Assembly (NCBI GenBank): GCA_965214705.1
Contig: OZ243972.1
Coordinates: forward strand, 640,001 to 704,000
Length of the DNA: 64,000 nucleotides
Reading direction: 5' to 3'
Source: Alphaproteobacteria bacterium
GTDB lineage: Bacteria > Pseudomonadota > Alphaproteobacteria > UBA828
Shown one piece after another: positions 20,972 through 34,197 of the stretch. The notes below the pieces were generated by a model that had not been told where the DNA came from, made no database searches, and worked only from the letters and a program-made list of their open reading frames with translations. How positions within the stretch are numbered: position 1 is the first letter of the stretch; each line of letters begins with the position of its first letter. The position numbers were made by a program, and so were the translations under genes.

Positions 20972-21166
20972 ATGCTGGCCGAGATTCTCGAAATCGTCGT
21001 CTACGTCCTGATGGGCGCGGTCGTGGTCGCGCTCGTTCTCGGGCTCGGCGCCATGTATTCCGGCGGCAAGAACAGCAAGAGCAATCTCTTCATGCGCTGG
21101 CGGGTCGGGCTCCAGTTCGCGGCGATCGCGCTGCTCGCGCTCCTGGTGTTCGTCGTCCAGAAGTAG
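20972..21166 (+). CDS. twin-transmembrane small protein (HIG1 family)
   Basis: SNLFMRWRVGLQ between two TM helices; usual position upstream of PduO. Confidence 0.85.
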   Translation: MLAEILEIVVYVLMGAVVVALVLGLGAMYSGGKNSKSNLFMRWRVGLQFAAIALLALLVFVVQK

Positions 21167-21169
21167 GCA

Positions 21170-21724
21170 GTGGTCCGCCTCACCAAGATATATACCCGCG
21201 GCGGCGATGCGGGCGAGACCTCGCTCGGCGGCGGCGCGCGGGTGAAGAAGCACGACGCCCGCGTCGAGGCTTACGGCACGGTGGACGAGGCGAATGCTGC
21301 GATCGGCCTCGCGCGGCTGGAGACCGACGGCGAGGCGGATGCGATGCTGGAGCGCATCCAGAACGACCTCTTCGACCTCGGCGCGGACCTCTGCCGGCCC
21401 GGATCACTCGACGAGGGCCTGCGCATCGTCCAGTCGCAGATCGACCGGCTCGAGGGCGAGATCGACGCGCTCAACGAGCGCCTCAAGCCGCTCGAATCCT
21501 TCGTCCTGCCGGGCGGCGCGCGCGCGGCGGCGGCCCTACATCTCGCGCGCACGGTGGTCCGCCGCGCCGAGCGCCTGATCACGGCGCTGGCGGAAACCGA
21601 GCCGGTCAATCCGCTGGCGGTAATCTACGCCAACCGGCTCTCCGACCACCTGTTCGTACTCGCCCGCCACCTCAACGACGACGGCACGACCGACACGCTC
21701 TGGGTCCCCGGCGCCAACCGGTAG
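21170..21724 (+). CDS. pduO: cob(I)yrinic acid a,c-diamide adenosyltransferase (PduO type)
   Basis: KIYTRGGDAGETSL, AYGTVDEAN, FVLPGG, RTVVRRAER, NRLSDHLF. Confidence 0.93.
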   Translation: MVRLTKIYTRGGDAGETSLGGGARVKKHDARVEAYGTVDEANAAIGLARLETDGEADAMLERIQNDLFDLGADLCRPGSLDEGLRIVQSQIDRLEGEIDALNERLKPLESFVLPGGARAAAALHLARTVVRRAERLITALAETEPVNPLAVIYANRLSDHLFVLARHLNDDGTTDTLWVPGANR

Positions 21725-21757
21725 GGAGCACCAGAACGGCGCAAAGCCCCCGAGATC

Positions 21758-21907
21758 ATGCGCTCGCGGCCGCTATTCAGGAGGGCCTTGAGAGCGGCGT
21801 GAGCGACAGGACCGTGCCCGACATCATGGAAGACGTCGAAGCACGGCTTCGCGCCGACGGCCGCTTACAGGATGATACGGAAGGCGGTTGACTATCTCGA
21901 TAGGTAA
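21758..21907 (+). pseudogene. ParD/ParE toxin-antitoxin remnant
   Basis: AAIQEGLESGVSDRTVPDIMEDVEARLRADGRL (ParD C-terminus) overlaps (M>T)AAYRMIRKAVDYLD (ParE-like N-terminus). Confidence 0.55.
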
Positions 21908-21919
21908 GGAGGCAGCTGG

Positions 21920-24814
<2,895 letters not shown>

Positions 24815-24902
24815 CGCGGTCGTTCCTTCCCTGTCGGCGGGCGTCGGCTTATGGGTGCCGCGTCCCGCAAGCGCCTTGTCGTCGCCCCTGCAGGCGACGC
24901 GG

Positions 24903-25286
24903 TTAGTCGTCGCCGAGCCCGCTGACGTAGTCGGCGTAGGCCGCTTCGTCCATCAGCCCGTCCAGCTCGCCGGGCGCGCTGAGCCGGAGCTTGAGGAACC
25001 AGCCCTCGCCGGTGGGCTCGCCGTTCACCAGTGCGGGGTCATCCTCCAGCGCCTGGTTGACCTCGACCACCTCGCCCGAGACCGGCGCATAGACCTCGCT
25101 CGCCGCCTTGACCGATTCGACCACGGCCGCCTCCTCGTTCTGGGCGACCGTCCGGCCCACCTCCGGCAGCTCGACGTAGACCACGTCGCCGAGCTGATCC
25201 TGCGCGTAGTCCGAGATACCGACGGTGCCGATGTCACCCTCGACCCGCACCCATTCGTGGTCCTTGCTGTACTTGAGCCCGCTCAT
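24903..25286 (-). CDS. gcvH: glycine cleavage system H protein
   Basis: [24 protein letters not shown] (lipoyl Lys). Confidence 0.97.
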   Translation of the reverse strand: MSGLKYSKDHEWVRVEGDIGTVGISDYAQDQLGDVVYVELPEVGRTVAQNEEAAVVESVKAASEVYAPVSGEVVEVNQALEDDPALVNGEPTGEGWFLKLRLSAPGELDGLMDEAAYADYVSGLGDD

Positions 25287-25299
25287 GGAATCCTCCGGC

Positions 25300-26418
25300 T
25301 CAGCCTCGATGATAGTTGTGGGGGACGAACGGCAGCTTGACGATGGTCGCCGGCCGGGGCTTGCCCCGCACCAGCAGCGACACCGGTCTGCCGGTCTCGG
25401 CGGACTCGGCCGCAACGTAGCCCATGGCGACCGGCCCACCTGCGCTCGGCCCGAAGCCGCCGCTGGTGACGATGCCGATTTCGTCGCCGTCCGCGTTCAG
25501 AATCGCCGTGCCCTCCCGCGCCGGGGCCCGGCCATCGGGCAGGATGCCGACGCGCCGGCGCCGGGGGCCCTCCGCCAGCTCATGCTGAATGCGCGGGGCG
25601 CCGGGGAAGCCGCCCTCCTGCCGGCGGCGCTTGCCGATGGACCACGCAAGCCCAGCCTGGACAGGCGAGGTGGTCTCGTCGATGTCGTGACCGTAGAGGC
25701 AGAGCCCCGCCTCCAGGCGAAGCGAATCGCGGGCGCCGAGCCCCACCGGCTCGACCTCGGGCTCGGCGATGAGCCGCCGCCAGAACGCCGCCGTCTCGTT
25801 TGCGGGCAACGATACCTCGAAGCCGTCCTCGCCGGTGTAGCCCGAGCGCGAGATCAGCGCGTCCACGCCGCCGATGGTGAACCAGCCGGCGGTCATGAAG
25901 CCGAGCCCGGCGCATCCCGGTGCATGGCGCTCGAGCACCGCCGCCGCCTTCGGCCCCTGCAGCGCGACGAGGCCGCGGTCGGCGAGCACCGTCATGTCAA
26001 CGCCGGCATCGAGCCGGCGTTCGAGATGGGCGATGTCCGTGTCCTTACAGGCCGCGTTTACCACCAAAAGGAGCCCGTCGTCGGTGCGGGTGGCGAGCAG
26101 GTCGTCGAGGATGCCGCCGTCCTCGTTGGTGAACTGGGTGTAGCGCATGGCCCAGGGCGCGAGGCCCGCGATATCCCCCGGCACGAGGCGCTCGAGTGCC
26201 GCAACCGCGCCGTCGCCAGTGAGCCGCAGCTGGCCCATGTGCGAGACGTCGAAGAGGCCGGCGGCGGTCCGCGTGTGCGTGTGCTCCGCCATGATGCCGG
26301 CCGGATAGCGCACCGGCATGGCATAGCCGGCGAATGGCACCAGCGTGGCGCCGAGGGCACGGTGCTCGACGAATAGCGGCGTTCGGGCGAGGGCGTCGGT
26401 GCCGGCGTCGTCGCTCAT
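25300..26418 (-). CDS. gcvT: glycine cleavage aminomethyltransferase
   Basis: [39 protein letters not shown]. Confidence 0.97.
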   Translation of the reverse strand: MSDDAGTDALARTPLFVEHRALGATLVPFAGYAMPVRYPAGIMAEHTHTRTAAGLFDVSHMGQLRLTGDGAVAALERLVPGDIAGLAPWAMRYTQFTNEDGGILDDLLATRTDDGLLLVVNAACKDTDIAHLERRLDAGVDMTVLADRGLVALQGPKAAAVLERHAPGCAGLGFMTAGWFTIGGVDALISRSGYTGEDGFEVSLPANETAAFWRRLIAEPEVEPVGLGARDSLRLEAGLCLYGHDIDETTSPVQAGLAWSIGKRRRQEGGFPGAPRIQHELAEGPRRRRVGILPDGRAPAREGTAILNADGDEIGIVTSGGFGPSAGGPVAMGYVAAESAETGRPVSLLVRGKPRPATIVKLPFVPHNYHRG

Positions 26419-26473
26419 GGCATCTCCCAGGCAAACAAAGGCGTCCGTCAACGATCCCGTGCGGGATCGTCCG

Positions 26474-26682
26474 GTGCCCCCTCTGTCTCGGAACCTGAGA
26501 GATTAACCGGGCGGCCGATTGCTCGGCGCCGGCTTACCCCGTCGGTGAGGCGGCGTGGCGTGCGCCGCCTGCTTTCCAGAGTTGCATCCCCCCGCGGTCC
26601 CTGGTGCCTGAGAGTTTCCGGGACGCTTGCTCCTTCGGCGCCGCGTGGCCGGGCCACGCGAACTCTCCCGCGGGGTTCATCT
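26474..26682 (-). promoter_or_regulatory. tandem glycine riboswitch
   Basis: On the minus strand: GGGAGAG..GCCGAAGGAGCAA..AACTCTCAGGC then CTCTGGAAAG..CACCGACGGGGTAA..AATCTCTCAGGT..GACAGAGGGG, directly upstream of gcvT. Confidence 0.93.
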
Positions 26683-26767
26683 GCAAGACCGGTGCGGCAA
26701 TACTACTGACTTAGCCGCGGCGGTCAACAGCGGTCGGACCATTGGCATGGAGAGGAAGAAATCGGGC

Positions 26768-26794
26768 GGGGCCGCCCCATCGAGAGGCGGCCCC
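26768..26794 (-). terminator. hairpin downstream of phoX
   Basis: GGGGCCGCC..GGCGGCCCC stem; the U-tract is weak. Confidence 0.5.
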
Positions 26795-26813
26795 GAAACG
26801 GCAGAGCGATCGG

Positions 26814-28727
26814 TCAGCCGATCGGGCCGCCGTCGTCGTGGGTGATCGCCACCACGGACGAGCGCGGCGCGGCATCGCCACCCTCGGGGAAATGGCTGTC
26901 CCCCTTCTCGCCAGGATGCTGGATGCCGATGAACATGGTCTTGCGGTCGGCGCTCCAGGTGATGCCGGTGACCTCGCATTCCCTGGGGCCCACGAGGAAG
27001 CGACGAATCTCGCCGGTGGCAGGATCGCCGAGCAGCATCATGTTGTTGCCCTGGCCGGCGAAATCGCCTTCGTTGGAGTACTTGCCATCGGTCTGGATCC
27101 AGAGGCGGCCTCGGCTGTCGAAGGCGATGCCGTCCGGCGAGTTGAACATGTTGTCGGCGTTCACATTGGCGGAGCCCGCACGCGCGTCGGCGTGGACCGT
27201 CGGGTTGCCGGCGATGACGTAGAGGTCCCAGGCGAAGGTATCGGCCGCGTGGTCGCCGCCGCCGGGCGTCCATCGCACGATCTGGCCGTACTTGTTCCGC
27301 TCCCTCGGGTTGGGGCCGCCGACCGGCGTCAGGTCGCCGCCCGCGTTGGGCTTGACGCCGCGGTTCTTGTTGTTGGTGAGGCAGCAGTATGCTTCGACCT
27401 TGTTCGGGTTGGCCGCCACCCACTCAGGTCGGTCCATGGTGGTGGCGCCCACTGTCGATGCCGCCTGGCGGGTGTGGATGCAGACCTCGGCCTGGGACGC
27501 CATGCCCGTGGTCTCAGGCGTGAGCGCGAGCCACGTGCCGGTGCCGTCCTCCGCGAACTTGGCGACGGAAAGCGAGCCGCTTTCCAGCAGGTCGCCATTG
27601 TCGCCGCCTTCGGCATAGACGCCATCGCTCACGAAGCGGTAGAGGAATTCGCCCCGCTCATCGTCGCCGAGATAGACGACGACCCGGCCGTCGGCGGCGA
27701 GCGTCACCTCCGCGTTCTCGTGCTTGAAGCGGCCGAGCGCCGTGCGCTTCTTCGGCGTGGCCGCGGGATCGAGCGGGTCGATCTCCACCACGTAGCCGGC
27801 GCGGTGCGGCTCGTTGGGGTGCTTGGAGACGTCGAAGCGCTCATCCGTCATAGCCCAGGCATATCCGCGGTCTTCCGCCTTGATGCCGTAGCGCTTGAAG
27901 CCTGCAGGCAGCACGAAGTCGGGATCGCTGGACGAAAAGTAGCCGTTGAAGTTCTCCTCGCAGGCAAGATAGGTGCCCCAGGGTGTGCGCCCGTTGCCGC
28001 AGTTGTTCCAGGTGCCAAGCGCGGTGATGCCGTCGGGGTCGGCGGCGGTCTTCACCAGGTCGTGGCCGCGCGCGGGTCCGGTGATTTCCATTGGCGTGTC
28101 CGGCGTGATGCGGCGGTTGTAGGGTGAATCCTGGATGATCCCCCAGGCACCGTCGTCTTGCGCGATCTCGACGACGGAGACACCGTGGCCGGCCTTGCAC
28201 TTGCGCACGTCGTCCTCGGTCTCCGGCTTCCCCGACTCGCGGTTGGCGAACATGATGCCGAGGTTCACGTACTCGTTGTTCGCGGTGAGCACGCTCTTCT
28301 CGCCGTCGGAGAAGAGCGCCATTCCGTCGCAGTTGTCGCCGAAGGCCATCTCCTGGCTCTCGCCGGTGCCGCGCGTTGCATGGTCGAACGTGGCGCCGTT
28401 CGACCAGAGCGGGTCGCCCCAGCGGGCCACAACCTGCCAGCTGTAGCCGTCCGGCAGGGTGACCGTGTCGAGGCCGTTGGCGGCGACCGGCGTGAAGTCG
28501 AGGCCCGCCGCCCCGGCATGAGCCAGAGGCACCACCATGCCGCCGGCGCCCAGGACGAACGCGCTCACGCCGAATGCAGCGCCACCTTCCAGAAAGCCGC
28601 GCCGCGAGATCGCTCGCTCGGCGAGCCGCTCGAAGTCGGTTGGTAAGGCGTGCCGGTCGATCATGTCGCCGGGATCGTTCTGTGAGACCGCGTCGCGCGC
28701 GGCCACCGCGTCATCGCGCATGTCCAT
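26814..28727 (-). CDS. phoX: PhoX-family alkaline phosphatase (Tat-exported)
   Basis: SRRGFL Tat motif; NNCGNGRTPWGTYLACEEN, ALGRFKHE, MDRPEW, FNSPDG, LWIQTDG, IQHPG. Confidence 0.95.
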   Translation of the reverse strand: MDMRDDAVAARDAVSQNDPGDMIDRHALPTDFERLAERAISRRGFLEGGAAFGVSAFVLGAGGMVVPLAHAGAAGLDFTPVAANGLDTVTLPDGYSWQVVARWGDPLWSNGATFDHATRGTGESQEMAFGDNCDGMALFSDGEKSVLTANNEYVNLGIMFANRESGKPETEDDVRKCKAGHGVSVVEIAQDDGAWGIIQDSPYNRRITPDTPMEITGPARGHDLVKTAADPDGITALGTWNNCGNGRTPWGTYLACEENFNGYFSSSDPDFVLPAGFKRYGIKAEDRGYAWAMTDERFDVSKHPNEPHRAGYVVEIDPLDPAATPKKRTALGRFKHENAEVTLAADGRVVVYLGDDERGEFLYRFVSDGVYAEGGDNGDLLESGSLSVAKFAEDGTGTWLALTPETTGMASQAEVCIHTRQAASTVGATTMDRPEWVAANPNKVEAYCCLTNNKNRGVKPNAGGDLTPVGGPNPRERNKYGQIVRWTPGGGDHAADTFAWDLYVIAGNPTVHADARAGSANVNADNMFNSPDGIAFDSRGRLWIQTDGKYSNEGDFAGQGNNMMLLGDPATGEIRRFLVGPRECEVTGITWSADRKTMFIGIQHPGEKGDSHFPEGGDAAPRSSVVAITHDDGGPIG

Positions 28728-28833
28728 CTCCCGTGGTCGAAGTGTGGTTCTGCACCGAAACCCGCACCGCCCTTCCAGCGCTGCAGATGTAACCGGGGAT
28801 AGCGCCAGCCGGTTACGGCCCGTCGTAACTCGT

Positions 28834-28851
28834 GTGACAGTCTCGTGACGC
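28834..28851 (-). promoter_or_regulatory. putative Pho box
   Basis: GCGTCAC-GAGA-CTGTCAC: half-sites 11 bp apart, about 110 bp upstream of phoX. Confidence 0.6.
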
Positions 28852-28883
28852 CGCGCGGCGCAGGCCGATGGCCCGGCCCGACG

Positions 28884-28907
28884 GCGCTCCCTTCGGGAAG
28901 GGAGCGC
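28884..28907. terminator. GC hairpin after the molybdenum hydroxylase operon
   Basis: GCGCTCCCTTC-GG-GAAGGGAGCGC inverted repeat. Confidence 0.55.
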
Positions 28908-28921
28908 TTTGCGAGTCTTCC

Positions 28922-29935
28922 TCAGCCGCTGGCCTGCGCCCTCTTCTCGTCGAGAGCGCGGAGGACCACCTCCGGCGTCACCGGAATCTGGGTGATGCGG
29001 ACGTCGAGCGCGTTGTTGATGGCGTTCACGATGGCCGGGATCGGGCCGTTGGTCACCATCTCGCCCACGCCCTTGCCACCGTAGGGGCCGCTCTCCGCCG
29101 GGTATTCCAGCACCTCGCAGGTGACCTCGGGCATCTCCGACGCGCCGGGCTGGAGGTAGTACTGGAAGTCGACCGGCGCCGGGTCGATAGCCGGATAGCC
29201 GGGCGCGGTGGTCTCGTAGAGCGCGTGGCCGATGCCCATCCAGGAGCCACCCACGATCTGGCCCTTCACAAGATCAGGATTCACCTGCTGGCCCACCTCG
29301 TAGACGCTCTTCATGTCGAGCACCTCGACCATCCCGGTCTCGGTATCGACCTCGACCTCGACGATGGTGCAGGCGTGGGCCTGGGTGGAATCCGGATCGC
29401 ACTCCCCGGTCTCCGGGTCCATCGGGCTCGGCGGCTTGAGGTAGGCGCCGCGCCCGGCAATGGTCTTGCCGTAGCCGAAATGAGCGGCGCCCGCGACCTC
29501 GCCGACTGAGACCGACCTCTCGGCCACACCCTTGATGTGGACGTTGCCGTCGCCGTCGGTCTCCAGGTCCTCCGGGCTCGCCTCCAGCAGCTCTCCGGCG
29601 ACCTCCAGCATGGCCTTGCGCGCCTCTTGCGCCGCCATCACCACCGCGTTGCCCGCGCGATGCGTGGTGCGGCTCGCGAAGGTGCCGGTGCAGTGGGGGC
29701 CGGTGTCGGTATCGGCGGTCTCCACCACGATGCTCTCGTAGGGGACGCCTAGTGTCTCCGCCGCGATTTGCGCGAGCACGGTCCTGAGACCCTGGCCGAG
29801 ATCGACGCTTGCCATGGTGACGACGAAGTCGCCCGCCGGAGTCATGTGGATCAGCGACTGGGTGGGGTCGCCGCCCAGGTGCATTCCGGTCGGATAATTC
29901 ACGGCCGCGAAGCCGGTGCCCCTTACCTTGGCCAT
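28922..29935 (-). CDS. xanthine dehydrogenase-family Mo-binding subunit, C-terminal half (NdhM-like)
   Basis: DLGQG..LAQIAAE, GTFASR, GQIVGG, GPYGGKGVGE; start overlaps the upstream stop. Confidence 0.9.
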   Translation of the reverse strand: MAKVRGTGFAAVNYPTGMHLGGDPTQSLIHMTPAGDFVVTMASVDLGQGLRTVLAQIAAETLGVPYESIVVETADTDTGPHCTGTFASRTTHRAGNAVVMAAQEARKAMLEVAGELLEASPEDLETDGDGNVHIKGVAERSVSVGEVAGAAHFGYGKTIAGRGAYLKPPSPMDPETGECDPDSTQAHACTIVEVEVDTETGMVEVLDMKSVYEVGQQVNPDLVKGQIVGGSWMGIGHALYETTAPGYPAIDPAPVDFQYYLQPGASEMPEVTCEVLEYPAESGPYGGKGVGEMVTNGPIPAIVNAINNALDVRITQIPVTPEVVLRALDEKRAQASG

Positions 29936-31281
29936 CAGCTTGCCTTTCTGTCCCAGGAGGTCATCGCTTGGTAATCCGCCGGTAGCTCGTGACCTGCAAG
30001 CCTTGCCGCCGCCTGGATGGTCTCCACCATCGCCGCGTCCTCGTTCACCTTGCGGTGCGCCCGCATATCGCCGTTGCGGTAGGCGTTGAGCAGCCTGAGC
30101 TGCCACGGGTCCATGCCGATGGTCTTGGCGACCTTGTCCATCTGCAGCTCGATGGCGAAGGAGGCCGCCATCACGCCGAAGCCCCGCATGGCGCTCGACG
30201 GCGGCCGGTTGGTGAAGACCACCCGCGCATCGACCCAGACGTTGGGGATGGTGTAGGGCCCCGGCATGTGGCCAGCGTGCTTCATCGAGCCGTAGGAGCT
30301 GAAGCGCAGATAGGCGCCGGAATCCTGGTAGGAGGTGATCTTGCGGGCGACGATGCGCCCGTCGTCCATCACCCCGTCCTTGATGAAGAGCCGCCAGGCG
30401 GAGCGGGTGGAGCTGACCTGCATCTCCTCTTCCCGCGTGTATTTGAACTTGACCGGGCGCCCGGTCCTCATCGCGGCCAGCACCGAAATCGGCTCGACCG
30501 CCACGTCCACCTTGCCGCCGAAGCCGCCGCCCACGGTGCCGCCGAGGAAGCGCAGCTTGCCCGGCGCCAGTCCCAGGATGGCGGCGGTGTTGTCGCGGGC
30601 GAAGTGAACGGCCTGCGTGTTGGTGTGTACCGTGATGCGCCCGTCGCCGCCGGGCTTCGCGATGCAGCCGTTGGTCTCCATCGGCGCCTGCTCGATGGGG
30701 CTGGTTTGGTACTTGTCCTCGACGATGTGGTCGGCCTCGGCGAATCCCTGCTCGACATCGCCGAAGCGGATCTGCGCGGCCGCGTGGTCGTCCGGGTAGA
30801 TGTAGTGGTTGTTCGGCCAGTGGGCGGTCAGCGCCGGCAGCGAGCCGGAAATCGCCTCCTCCACGTCGAACACGCCGGGGAGCGGGTCGTACTCGACCTC
30901 CACCTTGGCGGCGCCGGCGCGGGCGGCCTCGGCGCTCTCGCCGATGACGGCGACGATGGGCTCTCCCCGCCAGCGCACCTTGTCGAAGGCGAGGATCGGC
31001 TCGTCTTCCGGCCCGACGCCCACGGCGGCGAGGCCGTTCCACACCTTCTTGCCGGGCAGGTCCTCGTGGGTGAGGACGCAGACGACGCCGGGGCTCGCCT
31101 CGGCCGCGCTGGTGTCCACGCGCACGATGTTGGCGTGGGGCTCCGCGCTCCGGTGCATCTTGAGATGCAGCATGCGCGGGTAGTGGACATCCTCGTAATA
31201 GGTGGTCTGGCCGCGCGCGTGGCTTTCGAGATCGCGCTGCCCGACGTTCCGGCCGACGACGCCGAGTTCCTTCATCGACAT
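29935..31281 (-). CDS. xanthine dehydrogenase-family Mo-binding subunit, N-terminal half (NdhL-like)
   Basis: VGGGFGGK, GPYTIPN, TNRPPSSAMRGFG. Confidence 0.92.
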   Translation of the reverse strand: MSMKELGVVGRNVGQRDLESHARGQTTYYEDVHYPRMLHLKMHRSAEPHANIVRVDTSAAEASPGVVCVLTHEDLPGKKVWNGLAAVGVGPEDEPILAFDKVRWRGEPIVAVIGESAEAARAGAAKVEVEYDPLPGVFDVEEAISGSLPALTAHWPNNHYIYPDDHAAAQIRFGDVEQGFAEADHIVEDKYQTSPIEQAPMETNGCIAKPGGDGRITVHTNTQAVHFARDNTAAILGLAPGKLRFLGGTVGGGFGGKVDVAVEPISVLAAMRTGRPVKFKYTREEEMQVSSTRSAWRLFIKDGVMDDGRIVARKITSYQDSGAYLRFSSYGSMKHAGHMPGPYTIPNVWVDARVVFTNRPPSSAMRGFGVMAASFAIELQMDKVAKTIGMDPWQLRLLNAYRNGDMRAHRKVNEDAAMVETIQAAARLAGHELPADYQAMTSWDRKAS

Positions 31282-31772
31282 TAGCTCGCCTCCTCCCCGG
31301 TATCCGAGAGCGCCTGTGCGGCCTGCTGCACCGCGCGGACGATGGGCGCGAACCCGGTGCAGCGACAGAGATTGCCCGAGAGTCCCTCCACGATCTCATC
31401 GCGGCTGGGCGCCGGGTTGCGGTCGAGCAGCGCCTTCGCCGCCACGACCATGCCGGCGGTACAGTAGCCGCACTGCGCCGCGTAGTTCGCGACGAACGCC
31501 TGTTGCAGCGGCACGATCGCGTTGGTCTCGTTGAGGCCTTCCAGCGTCGTCACCTCGGCGCCCTCGGCCCGCTCGGCAAGCGTGAGGCAGGAGAGGCGCA
31601 GCTCCCCATCCACCAGCACCGAGCAGCTGCCGCAGCCACCCTGGCCGCAGCCGCTCTTGACCGCGGTGAGCTCGAGGGTGTCGCGCAGGACGTCCTGCAG
31701 GGTCGCCAGCGGCTGGATTATCACGGCCTCGTCACGGCCGTTGACCGTGAGGCGTATCAGCTTGTCTTCCAT
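31281..31772 (-). CDS. (2Fe-2S) subunit of the molybdenum hydroxylase
   Basis: GCGQGGCGSC, QCGYCTAG, GNLCRCTG. Confidence 0.95.
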   Translation of the reverse strand: MEDKLIRLTVNGRDEAVIIQPLATLQDVLRDTLELTAVKSGCGQGGCGSCSVLVDGELRLSCLTLAERAEGAEVTTLEGLNETNAIVPLQQAFVANYAAQCGYCTAGMVVAAKALLDRNPAPSRDEIVEGLSGNLCRCTGFAPIVRAVQQAAQALSDTGEEAS

Positions 31773-31794
31773 CGTTGCCTCCCGCTCAACGTCG

Positions 31795-32610
31795 TCAGGC
31801 GAGTGCCGTCAGCACCCGGCCGACGAAGACGCCGGTCATGCGCCGGCGATACCAGTCGGTCGCGACCGCGTCGGTCTGGGGCGCGACCGCGCCTTCGGCC
31901 GCTCGGGCCGCTGCCGTTATCGCCGCCTCGTCCAGGCTGGAGCCGATTACCGCCTGTTCCGCCGCAGCGCAGCGCAAGGGGTGCGCGTGCGCGCCGCTCA
32001 GCGCGATCCGGGCTGCGGCGACCGTGTCGCCGTCCTTCACAACGCAGGCGGCGACCGTGACCACCGAGGGCGTCGAGTACCGCCGCCGCGCGCACTTCAT
32101 GCAGGCGGCGTCGCCCGCCGGCGCGTCGAGCTCGATCCGGGTCAACAGGCCGCTTTGGGGCGGCGCGCCGTCCGTCCAATCGGCGTAGAAGTCCTCGATG
32201 GATTGTGTGGTCTCGCCGTCGGCGCTCGCGAAGACCAGCCGCGCGCCGAGGGCCAGCATTGCAGGCGCGAGGTCGCCGAAGGGCGCGCGGGCGAACAGGT
32301 TGCCGCCGACCGTGGCCATGTTCTGCACTGCGGGCCCGCCGATCTCGCGGGTCGCGGCCTGGAGCGCCGGGATAGGCACGGCGTCGCGCAGCACGCTCAG
32401 CGGGACCGCCGCACCGACCGACCAGCCGCCATCGCGCGATACCACCTTGTCGAGGCCGAGGCGGTCCACCCCGATCAGGTAGCCGCCATCCGACGGATAA
32501 GTCTCGCGCATCAGGCTCGTGCCGCCTGCGAGGACCGCAGCCGCGGTGCCGTGGCGCGCGATCAGATCGGCCGCCTCGTCGATCGAGCCCGGCCGAAGAA
32601 ACTCTGGCAT
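31795..32610 (-). CDS. FAD-binding subunit of the molybdenum hydroxylase
   Basis: LAGGTSL, VQNMATVGGNL, GDLAPAMLALGA. Confidence 0.93.
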   Translation of the reverse strand: MPEFLRPGSIDEAADLIARHGTAAAVLAGGTSLMRETYPSDGGYLIGVDRLGLDKVVSRDGGWSVGAAVPLSVLRDAVPIPALQAATREIGGPAVQNMATVGGNLFARAPFGDLAPAMLALGARLVFASADGETTQSIEDFYADWTDGAPPQSGLLTRIELDAPAGDAACMKCARRRYSTPSVVTVAACVVKDGDTVAAARIALSGAHAHPLRCAAAEQAVIGSSLDEAAITAAARAAEGAVAPQTDAVATDWYRRRMTGVFVGRVLTALA

Positions 32611-32804
32611 GGACGTCCCCCCCTCCGTCCGTTACTGAAGCGCGGGCCGGATATTAGCCCGCCTGTCTCACCAAGGTCACGGCCTGCGTCGCGTCGCGCG
32701 GAACGCGCGCGGAGCACGGAACGCGCGCAGGCGTTCGCTCCGGCCTTGCCGCGCCGCCGGCAAGGCGGCTATCGTCCGCCGCTCCATCGATAACGAGGCG
32801 CGAT

Positions 32805-34184
32805 ATGGCAACGAGGCCCGACCCGGTCGTCCGGAATCTCGACCTGGAGAGTGCGTTGGACGAGGTCACGGCGCGCTACACGAGCGCCAATCCCGCAAGC
32901 TGGGCGCAGTACGAGCGGGCGAAACAGAGTCTGCCCGGCGGCAACACGCGGACCGGCATGTTCTACACGCCTTTCCCACTCGCGATCGGGAAGGCGACCG
33001 GCGCGACGCTCACCGATGTCGACGGCCACACTTACACCGACTTCGTCGGCGATTTCTCCGCCGGTCTCTACGGCCATTCGCATCCCGTGATCCGCGAGGC
33101 CCTGATGGCGGCCCTCGATGATGGGATGGCCTACGGCTCGTCGAGCCCCTACGAGGAGCGGCTGGCGACGCTCGTCTGCGCCCGCTTCTCTTCCATCGAG
33201 CAGGTGCGGTTTACCAACTCGGGCACCGAGGCCAACACCATGGCGCTGGTCACCGCCCGCGCGGTCAGCGGCAAGGACCTGGTCATGGTGTTCGAAGGCG
33301 CCTATCACGGCGGCACCATCTACTTCGGCCGCAAAAGCGCGCCGATCAACATGCCCTTCCCCTTCCTCATCGCGCCCTACAACGACCCGGAGGAGGCGAC
33401 GCGCCTGATCGCTGAGAATGCGGACCGTCTCGCCTGTGTGCTGGCTGAGCCAATGCAGGGGGCGTCCGGTGCGATTCCGGGCGATGTGGACTTTCTGCGG
33501 GCGTTGCGCGAGGCCTGCACCGCCCACGGCGTGCTGCTGATCTTCGATGAGGTGATGACCTCCCGGGTCGCGCCCAACGGGCGCCAGGGGCAGCTCGGGA
33601 TCACCCCCGACTTGACGACGCTCGGCAAATACATCGGTGGCGGCATCTCCTGCGGCGCCTTCGGCGGCCCGGCCGAGATCATGTCGCGCTACGATCCGTC
33701 GAAGCCCGGCGCCTTCGTCCACCACGGCACCTTCAACAACAACGTGCTGATGCTCAGGGCTGGCGCCGCCGGGCTCGAGAAGGTCTTCACGCCGGAGGTG
33801 CAGGTCGCGCTCAGCCAGTCAGGCATTGCCTTGCGCGATGCCCTCAACGGCCTCGCTGCCAAGCACGGGGCGCCGTTTCAGGTTACCGGTCTCGGCTCGA
33901 TCATGACGATGCACTTCCAGAGCGAGCCTCTGCGCTCCATTCGCGACATCCAGCCCAGGGACGAGCGCCTGCGCCAGCTCCTGCATCTCTACCTGATCGA
34001 CAAGGGGTTCTTCACCACCCGGCGCGGCTACATGGCGCTCTCGCTGCTCATCACCGAGGCCGATTGCGCCGGCCTGATCCAGGCGATCGACGACTTCCTG
34101 GCCCACCACGGCCATCTGCTGGATGCTGTTCCGGAGAACGCTCCAGTCGACGTTTGGCCGGCGGCCGCCGGCGCCACCACTTAG
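32805..34184 (+). CDS. class III aminotransferase (GSA aminomutase-like)
   Basis: RFTNSGTEAN, YHGG, LIFDEVMTSR, DLTTLGKYIGGG, HGTFNNN. Confidence 0.93.
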   Translation: MATRPDPVVRNLDLESALDEVTARYTSANPASWAQYERAKQSLPGGNTRTGMFYTPFPLAIGKATGATLTDVDGHTYTDFVGDFSAGLYGHSHPVIREALMAALDDGMAYGSSSPYEERLATLVCARFSSIEQVRFTNSGTEANTMALVTARAVSGKDLVMVFEGAYHGGTIYFGRKSAPINMPFPFLIAPYNDPEEATRLIAENADRLACVLAEPMQGASGAIPGDVDFLRALREACTAHGVLLIFDEVMTSRVAPNGRQGQLGITPDLTTLGKYIGGGISCGAFGGPAEIMSRYDPSKPGAFVHHGTFNNNVLMLRAGAAGLEKVFTPEVQVALSQSGIALRDALNGLAAKHGAPFQVTGLGSIMTMHFQSEPLRSIRDIQPRDERLRQLLHLYLIDKGFFTTRRGYMALSLLITEADCAGLIQAIDDFLAHHGHLLDAVPENAPVDVWPAAAGATT

Positions 34185-34197
34185 TGAGGGAGAACGA

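Noticed and set aside
26474-26682. Structured leader as a novel RNA
   Set aside because: It is fully explained as a canonical tandem glycine riboswitch.
28922-31399. 825-aa ORF read as a single large Mo subunit
   Set aside because: Only the part from ATG 29935 is protein-like; the upstream part overlaps the real 29935..31281 gene in another frame.
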